Shown here: piece after piece, positions 36,431-48,000 of the stretch | Layout of the letters: each line of letters opens with the position of its first letter | How positions within the stretch are numbered: the first letter of the stretch is position 1 | NCBI RefSeq assembly: GCF_021028975.2 | Contig: NC_059425.1 | Span: forward strand, 74,648,001 to 74,712,000 | Direction of reading: 5' to 3' | Length of the DNA: 64,000 nt | Source of the DNA: Sphaerodactylus townsendi | Lineage: Eukaryota | Program-made: the position numbers and the translations under genes | Notes under the pieces: generated by a model | Told to the model about the DNA's origin: nothing | Seen by the model: only the letters and a program-made list of their open reading frames with translations | Databases searched by the model: none

Positions 36431-36785
36431 GGGGGAGTGGAGCCATGGCTCAGTGGCACAGGATCTGCTTGGCATGCAAAAGGTCCCAGGTTCAATCTCC
36501 AGCATCTTCAATTAAAAGAAGAGTTTGGATTTATATCCCCCCTTTCTCTCCTGCAGGAGACTCAAAGGGGCTTACAATCTCCTTGCCCTTCCCCGCTCAC
36601 AACAAACACCCTGTGAGGTTGGTGGGGCTGAGAGAGCTCCGAGAAGCTGTGACTAGCCCAAGGTCACCCAGCAGGTGATGTGAAGGACCTCTGCCTCAGA
36701 TCCTGGAGAGCTGCTGCCAGTCTGAGTGTAGATAATATTGGCTTTGATGGACCAAGAGGTCTGATTCAGTATATGGCAGCTACAT
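36431..36785 (+). mobile_element. tRNA-derived SINE with a second SINE 3' fragment (~36516-36672, minus) nested inside
   Basis: A box tggctcagtgg, B box ggttcaatctcc; the nested part begins aagaagagtttggatttatatcccc. Confidence 0.7.
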
Positions 36786-37155
36786 GGGCAAACATGAGAT
36801 AAGGTAGGATATATATATTTTAAATTAAAGAAGTAAAGGCGATGGGCCAAAACAAAACACTATTTTGCACAGTGCATAATTAACTTGTGAGGTTTACTGC
36901 CATAGAATGTATTAATGGCAACTAGCTGGCTATCCTCTATAAATCCCCATTTAAGCCAATTAGTCAAGATGACTTAGTGGAATTTCCATGTTCAGAAGCA
37001 GTATATCTCTGAATACCAGTTGCTAGGGCTCAACAGCAGATGGAGGCTTTGGCCTTGTGAGCTTTCAATCACATCCTGTTGTCAGTGAGAAACAGGATAC
37101 AGGACTAGATGGACAACCTGATCCAGCAGGGAACTTCTTACACTATTAATTATGC

Positions 37156-37663
37156 CAGTGGTGGCGAACCTATGGCACGGGCGCCAGAGGTGGCACTCAG
37201 TGTTCATCGGGGGGAGGAATTGCCCCCCACACACACACACACATCTAGGCTGGCCTGGGCCACTGGGCTCAATTATTAGCATTAAACCTAAGACCTAGTT
37301 TTGGGGAATCAGTGTCGGTAACCCTGTTAAGCGCTGTTAAACCCCACTGATTCTCATGCAAAGAAGTAAAGCGTGATCCTTTACATGGGAGTAAGCTCGG
37401 TTGCTGGCAATGGGGCTTCCTTCTGAGTAAACCCTCCTAGGGTCATGATTCACCCGTTCAAAGAGTTGCACGGTTGCTTCAAAGCAAAGGTAACGACTAC
37501 CACCAAGCTTACTCCTGTGCAACGCACACCTCGGAGCCAATCGCTTTTTCTAAACTAAAACCTCAGTATTTAGGTTAAATTGCCGTGTTGGCACTTTGCA
37601 ATAAATAAGTGGGTTTTGGGTTGCAATTTGGGCACTCGGTCTCAAAAAGGTTCGCCATCACTG
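37156..37663. mobile_element. Non-autonomous hAT element (hAT1-like TIR), copy 2
   Basis: Same TIRs as 5688-6237; perfect TSD aattatgc. Confidence 0.95.
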
Positions 37664-37829
37664 AATTATGCCATCCTAAGAAGAAGTGGTTAACTCAATT
37701 TAAGATGACATTAATTGTAGTGCAATTCTGAGCAACAAAAACATGAAAAGCAGCCTGGTGTTTGGGGGACTGACCACTTCTTTTTCACACATCCTAATAC
37801 ATAATTGAGTAAAGGATAGAATATCACGA

Positions 37830-38458
37830 CAACTTACCTCCCACGAATCAGTGCACAGGACTCACTTTGTGAATTCTGCACACTTATTGGTGGGAAGTTT
37901 GTTGTACCAACATTCCAACCACTTCCCCCACGACCACCTTCCCCCAACCCAGGAGCAAGCCAGGCCCAGTGGGGAAGCTGCCCTCTCCTCCAGGTCAGGC
38001 AGCAGCCTCCCCAATCCCCCAGCCACCCTCCCCCTGCCCCAAAAAACAATTCAGACCCAGCAGATAAAATGTGCCAACACTGCCAAGCCACCCTCCCACC
38101 AGGCCTTCCACTTGCCTCCCTATTTATCTAGTCACCCTCCCCATGCCCCCAAAACCAACCCAGGCCCTCCTGTCTGGGGTCTTGGCCTGCAGACACCCAG
38201 CCCAGCCCCAGCAGGGCCCAAAGGGTCGGAGCAGCCTGGAGCAACAGCAGAGCCAACAAAAACCATGGAGCAAGCCCAGCCGGAACAATTCCAGAGTAAG
38301 TTGTGAGGGTGGTTGGGGAAGTGGCAGGAGAAGTGCCAAGGGTGAGAGAAGGCAGGTGGCCAGGAAAACCTGCCACCAGTCCGCCCAGTCCCCCACTGGC
38401 ATTCTCCCCCTACTTTAGAGTCCATTTTATTGCATTTTAAAATGAGTTTTATTGCTAG
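37830..38458 (+). mobile_element. Probable non-autonomous Helitron (5' end uncertain)
   Basis: Subterminal hairpin catttta...taaaatg (38423-38444), then CTAG|T at 38455-38459; similar end at ~31598-31638. Confidence 0.5.
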
Positions 38459-38560
38459 TACATGTCTAAAGAACCTTGAAAGGAGAAGGAATATTCTGCT
38501 CTGATGTAACTCTCCTCTGTTCTTTAAGCAAGAAACAGATAATCCCAGGGAAGGTATATT

Positions 38561-38810
38561 GAAGAAGAAGAAGAGTTTGGATTTATATCCCATCTTTCTC
38601 TTGTGTAAGGAGACTCAAGGTGGCTTACAAGCTCCTTTTCCTTCCTCTCCCCACAACAGACTACAAGGTCACCCAGCAGGAATACAGGAGTGCAGAAATA
38701 CATCTGGTTCACCAGATAAGCCTCCACCACTTAGGTGGAGGAGTGGGGAATTAAACCCAGTTCTACATATTAGAATCCACCTGCTCTTGACCACTATACC
38801 GCACTGGCTC
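38561..38810 (-). mobile_element. tRNA-derived SINE, same family as 14815
   Basis: Reverse complement of the 14815 SINE head and the (gaa)n-gagtttggatttatatccc tail. Confidence 0.8.
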
Positions 38811-38860
38811 TACGACAAATAGCTGTGTCATGTTGTCACATAAGTAACCATGCACACTTG

Positions 38861-38877
38861 GGCAGTAGATGGCACTG
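38861..38877 (+). promoter_or_regulatory. CTCF-like motif upstream of the EPHX1-like start codon
   Basis: ggcagtagatggcactg resembles the CTCF core CCASYAGRKGGCRS; motif match only. Confidence 0.4.
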
Positions 38878-39004
38878 TTACAGGTTTATACTATCTCTGT
38901 TACTTCAGCCTATAGGATAGAAGGCAGCTGAAGCCGGAAGGGATTTTGCACAGCAGGAGAACTGTGCCGAGCTGATTTATTATTCACAGGGCCTTCTTGC
39001 AGAC

Positions 39005-39033
39005 ATGTGGCAGCAGATCTTACAGAGTGTTCG
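39005..39033 (+). CDS. EPHX1: EPHX1-like exon 1 ([10 protein letters not shown])
   Basis: gacATGtgg, donor cg|gtgagt; phase 2 matches exon 2; resembles the MWLEIL start of mammalian EPHX1. Confidence 0.75.
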
Positions 39034-42000
39034 GTGAGTGTAAAAAGGTAGCAGGCAAGTTTCTGGGGATGCTGATGAAGTTGGGATGGATTGCGGATGG
39101 CTTTTGGCTGGAATCTGCTCAGAGGGGGGTGGGGGTCTGGTGAGAAAGAAAGTTCAGCACGGGTTTAATTGCTGGACAGAGGGCCTGGAAATCAGAGCAG
39201 CCACTCTAGTTAAGTGTAATGAAAATTGAGAGAGGTGCTCACGGCAAACTCTCTGATTATGCACAGATTATGTAGAATAGATACCAACATGAAATTCAGT
39301 TATGTTCTCAGTCACTGAGGTGGATATATGATAGCCACTCCATACACAAACACATCTAGAAAGGCAGGGGCAGTGCATTTTACTCTTTTCAACCATTGTG
39401 ACAGCGTATGTAAGCAGTTCTTTAAAATGTCTTTAAGGGGAAAGTAATGGATAATTATCATTGAGTCTGACTGGAATCTTAGAATTCCCCCTACAGAGGA
39501 CGTCAGTCAAGAGGCTACTGAGCTGATCCTTCTTGAGGCAGATTAGCATAGCTAAAGCTGCTTGGGCATGGAATCTGTGCCATATTTTGCTACTGTAAGG
39601 CCTGTGAGCAGAGAAATGCATGAAGGTCCAATTACCTGTTCCATAAGCTGCTCACCTTTTTAAGAAACTGAAAAACTGCAAAAGGGAAACGCCCTTCCTG
39701 GCATTCAAATATCCAGCTTTTATTTAGTAGGCTGCAGGCACACCTTTTAAGACCTGCATCTAAAGTGTGTGATCTTGCATAAAACTCTTTACTCTTTCAA
39801 CTGTGAATTTACTATGTAGCCTTAGGTAAGCCCCACCCCACTTACTGCAGAAACAACATCCTCATTGCAATTTCAGAATAATATGCTATTCAAGATAATG
39901 TAAACACAAAAAAAGTTTAAAAGCTTATTGTTACTATTATTACTTCTCCACTGTGCCTGCACAGGAACTTTAGTGATATCTGTGTTGCTTCCTTTTGGAG
40001 GCAAAGGGCAGACTTTTTGCTAACCATTAACAAAAGGAATCAGCAATCCAAAGCCACAGACTGGGTCAATATTCCCAGAGCATGCAAGAAAGAAAGGGGC
40101 CAAGGTTACAGGAGAGAATTGTACATTGTCTCTCAAGCTCTTGTTGGCCAACCCCATCAGTCCAGGTTTCCCCAGAGCGACTTCCTTGCTTAATGTAGAG
40201 TTGTTACTCATTTGGATCCAAACATCTTGGCAAACTTTGCCTACTCCAGCACTATAGACCACAATGGCTCCCTTTTAGTTTAAAGTGGATAACAGGTTAC
40301 AGCCCTTGCTGCAAGACTACTACTTCTCCACATTTTATGTGAGTGATAGCCAGTTGCACTGCTGCTTTGAACCTGTTGTCTTGGCTCCAAAAGGAGGAGA
40401 CAAGAGAGACTGGGGCCATATTAATGAAGGATACTTTGGACATATTTATATACGTGGCCATACACAACTTCTTTTCTGGGGGTGCAGAGAACTGAAATGA
40501 TGCCCCCCTTCACTGTATGCCCCAACTTCATTATTTCTTTATTTAGAAACTGTGTATGCTGCCTCTCCAGACCTTTCCAAGGCAGCTCATAACAATGAAA
40601 TAAAAATAAAAAGCTGAAGAAAACAAAAACAAATACCAATAAAAACATATCACTAAAATAGTCCAACCCACTTTAAAAACATGTAAATAAAAGCAATTCT
40701 GCGCATAAGCGCACATGAAATGGAGCAGACTAAAATAATATTGATAAAATAGTTCTCAGGCTAGGAGCAGACGATAAAACATCTTTGTTAAAAGCCTGGA
40801 TAAAAGTAAAGGCTTTGGCCTGGTGCCACAAAAGATTTAAAGAGAGCTCTGTCTGTGGTCACCACCTGCTTTACCTCTGAAGCCAAGGGACACCGACAGT
40901 AGGGCTGTCAATAAGTAGGCAGTCCTTCAGATACCCTGGCTCTAATCTCCTTATGGTCTTACAGGAAAAAACTAATACTTTTAATTGTGTCTGGAAACAA
41001 CGGGCAGTCACTGCAGATCTTTCATCATACATCTGATACCATTCCTGTATCCCACCCCTATTAACAGCCTGCCAACTGCATTCTGGACCACTGGATGTTT
41101 CTGAACACTTTTGAAAGGGAGCCCGATGAACAGTCCATCACAGTGATTTAACCTGAACCCAAACAGCATGGATCACTATGGCCAGATGACGCTTTTTGAT
41201 GAAGGACTATCTAGGGTTGCTAATCTCTTGCGGTGGGGGTGGGGGGCTGCTGGAAATCTGGATTTATAGCTGTTCCACAGACAACAGGATTCAGTTTCCC
41301 TGAAAAAAATGGCTTTGTAGAATGGACTCTACGGTATTATGCACTGCTGATGTCTCTTCTATCCCCAATCCCTCCCTTTCCCAGGCTTTACCCCTAAATC
41401 ACCAGCCCAAAGCCAGAAACCCTTACATCTGGCACAAAGGGGTATCTAGGGAAAATGTAGCCTGGTACAAAATCTGTGTTTTTTTGCACCAGGTCTTAAA
41501 GTCAGTATATGGACCTGGGGGGGAGGGGTGTGGACTCGGAGGGCGATTTCCCCCCCCCCACGTGACTAAATGGCCGTAGCCCAGGGACCTTTGACCCCAT
41601 ATATGACCTCCTATGTGCTGCACACCCCGATCTGGTATTATCAGTTGAAGCAGACAAAAAGAGCTGCATCCCATGGAGCAAATCTTGTGCCTCTAACTAT
41701 ATGTAATGGCAAGGCCCTAGATTCCACAGAACATTTTCGCTTGCAGAAGGAATAGACTTCCCTTGACTTCCCCTCCTGTAACAGGTCAAAATGCGCCCCC
41801 CCCCCCCACACACACACACACTGCTGCTCCTGCGTCACACTATAAAGAGTTCTGAAGTAAGGGAGGAACTTAGCAAAAATTGCTCAGCACTTCCATTATG
41901 GAAAGTCCTCCATGGGACTCAACCTAGCATACAGAAATATTATTTTACCAAAAGTTTAACCAGTACCATATTACATTACGCACTTTCCCCACTCTTCTAG

Positions 42001-45000
42001 GTTTTCATGTTCGCAAATGCAGATATCACTGAAGTCTAATGTTCCTATATGGTCTCTTTAAATTGCTAGCAAAGCCAGTGATGAGAGTTAGGTCTGAGAC
42101 ATTGTTGGATGCAGGTATTACTTCTTAGGAGAATCTTATTGGCTATTGCAACAGAACTGAACACATCTGCTGGCTGCAAGTTTTGAGGATTATTTTTAAA
42201 AATTATTCCTTCTAGGCTTGCCCAGGCTAGATCTTTATGTAGAACTGGGATGGAGAAAGATATGGAGTCAGTTTCCTTTTCCTCCAAGGCCTAAGGCCAG
42301 CAGAACAGTTAATTGGCTCTTCTAAGCTTGGTGTTACTTGCTGAAGAAAGAGGGAGATGTTTCTACAGGTACCTGCCTCTTCTTCAGCGCTTGCCTGCTT
42401 TTCCTTGAGATCTGGTTTGGCCAAGACTGGAAGATTCAGCTCCAGTAACTGGAGATGCTCAAGCAGCTGTCTCTTACTGGGTCTCACTAATTGCTGTCCA
42501 ACAAGTGAGATGAGGAAAAGAAAAAGCAGCATGCAATTGCATTGTGCTGGCCCTCCTTGGAGAAAGCAAAATAGCAGAAATTCACTGTATTTTTTTCTGG
42601 ACAGAGTCCAGGTTTTTTTTTTTGAATCAACACAGATGCACAAATAATCCCTCCTTAAAAATTACCAGTATTGGCAGAAGGGGCAAGGAGCAAGAGGCAT
42701 TTCTTGTTTCACTCAGAAAGCCCAGCATGCAGCATCATTTTACAACCTCAAACCATCAGTTTGTACCTATGGCAAGAAGAGCAGCAATAAAACCCTCAAT
42801 AAGGCCCTGATTTTGAAAATTATAAGTACTGGTTTTTATCTACAGTTCACAGTTAAGCAACTTTTATTAATGTCCATCAGAAGATACAGAAGATACAGAT
42901 TGACAGAAAAGCATAGCTCTGTAGAGAAATGGACAGAGGGTGGGAGATGCCAGGAGAACAGATGTTTATCTTGGTTGTGCTCACCTCCTGGATTATCTGC
43001 ACAGTTCCAGTTAAAGGAGACAAGTCCTCTGTAAAATAAGGCTTCTGATAGAAGTAGCTCACCCCCATTTTTGTCTTCTCAGTGTGTTTGAGTGAGAGAG
43101 TGAGAATTCCCTGGGAAAATTATGTCTGTGCATTTTTTTTCTCCAAGAGTTCAAAGAGGTGTCTCCCTTTTAACGCAATTACAGCCCTGTGAGGCAGATT
43201 GAGAAGTAGTGGCTGCCTCTGGACCACACATTAAGCACCTTAGCTCAGCGTGTATTTAGATTTCCACATTTCACTTTTGACAAGATATCATACTTGCAAT
43301 GGGGGGGCGGGGCGGGCAGCACAACAAACAATAGACTCACTGACTTTATCAGCAGCATTCCTATACTAGTTCAGTGAGGTCCTTCTAGGACTTGCTGAAA
43401 GTGACAGTGAAATGGAGCTAACATCTCAGTTTAACAGTTCTCCTCTCTCTCATTCAGCTCAGCTGCATGCAGCTGGACTCCCCTAGTTCCTCAGAACCTG
43501 CACTGGTTCAAAAATTGCAAAGTGGAGAACATTTTTTAAAATTAACTTGAAAGTTAATTGTTTGTTTATCAAATTTATACTCCATCACTCCCTTAACAAG
43601 CAAGGCTCAGGGTGGCTTACAACAAAGTAAAATACAATTCAGTAGATAATCTTAAAAACAATAGTAATGATAAAGATATAACACAATTTAAACCACGTAT
43701 ATACATCTATATTGAAACACATCCAGCAATCCAACGGTAAAATGATCCAGTGGGAACACTACAAGAATTGCAAGACATGTGCAAATTAAAAGCCTGTTGG
43801 AAGAGCTCTGTCTTGCAAGTGCTATGGAAGCTAACAAGGTCCTGTAGAGCATATGTCTCCTCTGGTGTAACATTCCACCAGGACAGGGCTACTACAGAGA
43901 AGGCCCTCGACCTGGTAGAAGAGAAGTGAACCATTCAAGGGCCAGACACCACCAAAAGACTGCATGGTAAAGAGCACAGGCAATGTAATGCATTGTAATA
44001 GGAAAAAGTCACTCCTAACCAAGGTTGTTTCAATACCAGAAATGAGGAAAAAAAGAGACAGTTACAAATCTCAATATGTGCTCCCCTATCTCTTTTTCTT
44101 CTAAAGCTAGAAGCACCAGGAGTACTGGGGGGGGAGGGGGGTGGCACTTGCAATCCTTGAAAAAGGGTGGGTTTAGGCTCCTCCTTTTCCCCAACACCAG
44201 GGCCTAATGTATATCAGATCACTTGGTGGCATATTTTGTAGGTTAACTACAAGTCTGGGAATCAGAGTCTGGATCCCCAGCATGTGCTGTTTGACTGAAA
44301 GCAAGCTATAGGATACGACCCAAGCAGAGCCTCTCACTTGGACAAAAATATCCAGTTTTGTCAGTACCCATCAAGTCTGTCTTGCTCAGATTCTTTCAAA
44401 CTCTCAGCAGAATTGTTACTTGTATAGCACACGATGGGAACAATGGCTGTTTTCCATTGTACACACTTTTAGAATAATATTATCACCTGGAAGAGGTGTA
44501 GCTAGGGAAAATGGAGTCCGGTGCAAAATCTGAGTTTTGCTCCCCCCACCCACCCATGGGTGGCCACTGTGATGCTGGAATCCACCCCCAACCAGCATAA
44601 CTTTCAATGGTGTTTAAACTAGGGAGCCCAGATTCTCCTTTTAAATCCACCTTAAAGGGAGAATCTGAGGTCCCCAGTAAAAACAACATTGAAAGTGATG
44701 TTGTTTTGGGGTGGATTCTCCCCCACCCTGAAACAGCATCACTTTCAACGTTTAAACTGGGGACCTCAAATTCTCCCTTTAAATCCATGCTGAAGGGGGT
44801 GGATTCAAAAGGAAAATCTGGGAAAATTTGGGGGGTGCCTGGTGTCAGGGGTGCAATTGTTAAGCTAGCAGCATCCAAATTTCAGGGTATCTTTATGAGA
44901 CTCTCCTGATGATACCAACCAGATTTGGTGAAGTTTGGTTCAGGGGGTCCAAAGTTATGGACCCTCAAAGGTGTAGCCTCCATCTTCTTGGTGGTATCAT

Positions 45001-48000
45001 CAGGAGAGTCTCCCGAAAAATCCCAGAAATTTTGGTGCTGCTAGCCTAAAAACTGCACCCCCTGCAGCACAAAAACTGAAAAACACTTTAAAAAATGCAA
45101 AAAACACACACACAAATGAGCCTAATTTTTTTGGGGGGGGGGCAGGCAGTGCAACACTCACCCCCCCACCCCCCATCCCCCTAGTAGCTACACCTCTTTC
45201 GCCTGGAGATCCTGAATGTAAGCAAAGATGGATTGTATGGAATAACTGCAGTCGGTTCTTTACTCCCTACTGCCAATTAGATATCCATTCTACTCAATCA
45301 CCAGAGCTGTGGTCACAATACAGCAGCTGAAGTATTAGAAATTACCTAATTCACATTCTTACCCTTCAGATATCTTATTTCAGAAATGATTTGGTTCACT
45401 TTATTATTTTTAAATTCTTAGAGGTTTTTTAAAAATAACTTCTATTGTTTGGTCCTAAGAAAACATCAAGCGCTCACCATCTTCTGCCTGTAAAAGGTGT
45501 CCTGTAAGGGCCAGACTAGATGTGGTGGCATCCTTGTGGCCATCTGTAGATCAGGTGTAATTCCAGGAGATCTCACCTGGAGGTAGAAAGTCCTAGCACC
45601 ACTCCTGCAGTTGTTTCAGCACTTAAAAGGGCACCAGGAGAAACAAGACTTTTGCTTTGTCCTGGTCAGGGCCCTTGGGGCATTTTAAAATCACTTTAAA
45701 ATAGCAGCAGCATCCTCATGGTGGCCACAAGGACACATTCACATCTAGCTTGACCCTAAGACTCAAAAATATTTGATGCTTATTCTGAATGTTTGCTTTC
45801 CTCCCTAGGTCGTATGACATGCCCCAGAGAAATATGATTGCAGTCTCCTGTGTGCTGGGAGGCGGAGGCCTCTTGGTTTATTGGCTTCTGTCAAGACACA
45901 GGATGAAGACCCTGGAAATGGGAGATGGATGGTGGGGTTCAGGGGCGAAGTCATCAAGAGACAAAGAAGATGAAGGAATTAGACCCTTTCAAGTGAAAAC
46001 ATCTGAGAAGGAAATTCAGGTACCAGTGGGGATTTAACAGAAATGAATCTAGAAGTGAATTAATAGTACTTGTATTATTTATGTAGCACTTTTTAAAAAA
46101 TTGATCACATATAAGGTATATCAGGAATTACCAGTGATGCTTTTCCCTGTTAAGATGCTTCCTCCACATAATAATGATTTTTTTAAAATTACTGTTGCAA
46201 TATCTCCAGTTATAGTATTTTGTGGGGATTCTCTTATCAGGATTTGTACCAGCGCCTTGACCAGGCACGCTATACTCCACCACTGGAGAGTTCTGGTTTC
46301 AACTATGGTTTCAACTCCAACTACCTTCAGAAGGTGATCTCCTATTGGAGGAACCAGTTTGACTGGCAGAAGCAAGTTAAAATCCTCAACCAGTATCCAC
46401 ATTATAAAACAACTATTGAAGGTGAATTCTCCATTGATCTACACCTGCCTCTCTTCTGTGTTTGGCCTAATCCTTTTTCTCAAACCCCCTTTCAGTTACT
46501 TCAATGAGATTTTCATGCTGATAGCCACCATGTTAACTTTGTTGCTTTTTTGGACAGGGATTGAAATTCATTTTATCCATGTGAAGCCATCTCGTAATCT
46601 GAGAGGCCTGACAGCCAAGCCTTTGCTGATGGTGCATGGCTGGCCCGGCTCCTTCTACGAGTTCTATAAGATCATCCCACTGCTTACTGACCCTGCTGCT
46701 CACAGGCTGAGTGATGAGGATCTAGTGTTTGAGGTCATCTGTCCATCCATTCCAGGCTATGGCTTCTCAGAGGCCCCCCACCAGCAGGGTAGGCAACAGA
46801 CGAGACTGTGAGACTTTTTTTTCTAGGTTGGAAGTGAACATTCAAAGGTCCTTAATGATATGATTCTCTCACTTCACAGGCTTTGACACAATGGCTTGTG
46901 CTCGGATCTTTCACAAGCTGATGCAGAGACTGGGCTTCCAGGAGTATTATGTCCAAGGGGGAGACTGGGGCTCGCGAATCACCACAAACATGGCCCAGAT
47001 GCTGCCAAAGTGAGTGACAGAAGTCTTTTTCTTTCAGTCTGTGACATTCTTCTTATTAACAGACTAGTGTCTATAAATGCGAGGTCACAGTCACCCATAT
47101 AACAGCCTCCTTTCATAAACATTTGGCGTGGTGGTAGTTTGCAAGCAACTCTGCAACAGGCAAGGTCAAGAAAGCAGTCAACTGAAGAATGTTAGCTAGT
47201 TGAACTACCACTGCTGGAACTTGCATAAAATGATAACACTGCCAGTGGGTGTAAGCAGTGGATTTTGTCCTCTCAGCATGTCTTTCTCCCACATCTCTAA
47301 TCTAGACATGGGTTGCGGTGGTAGAGATCCATGTGTGCATATTCACATATTATTCTGTTCATTAATAAAGCAGAGTGGGGTTCTATTTTTACAACAACAA
47401 CAAAAAGTGAGAATGTGGAGGGCAAATTTTGCCTTCTGTGTTTCCTTGCCCCAGTGTGCTCTGTTGTACAAATGGTTTTCTGCATGCTCTGTTCCAGTAT
47501 TATAAGTGAGCCAGAGTAGAAGAAAAGTCTTCAAAAGGAGGGAGGGTTTTGGAACAGTGGTCTACAAGATGGTGACTGCAGGTACCGTCGTGCCCACCAA
47601 CACCTTTCCTGGTACCTGCCAAATGTTTTTGCAAAGTGGGCAGGGCCAGGTGAGACTTTTGCCCAGCAAGGCTTCTGATTGGTCTCTGGGGATTTGGTTG
47701 GCTATGCAGAGTTTTAAACGCATTGCTTTGGCACCAGCTGCCACCACAGCACAAAGATCTTCATTATATGACTTAAGGTAAGCTATGGCAGCCATTTTCT
47801 AGAAGCAGCCATTTTGTGGCTGCACCCGCCATGCTGTATCATAATTCCAAAGGTGCATGTGTAACCTCAGCTTGTGGTGTTAGGGACAGGTCAGAGCCCT
47901 GTCCTTAGAGCTAAAGCTCTCTCCTGTTACTCACAAATAACCATCCATAAGCTTCTTCAGTGTTCAGAGTTTATTGTTTCAATTCTGCGCAGAAGAGGGA

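Noticed and set aside
37834-38593. Stack of overlapping ORFs on both strands
   Set aside because: GC-rich interior of a probable Helitron; no domain or splice support.
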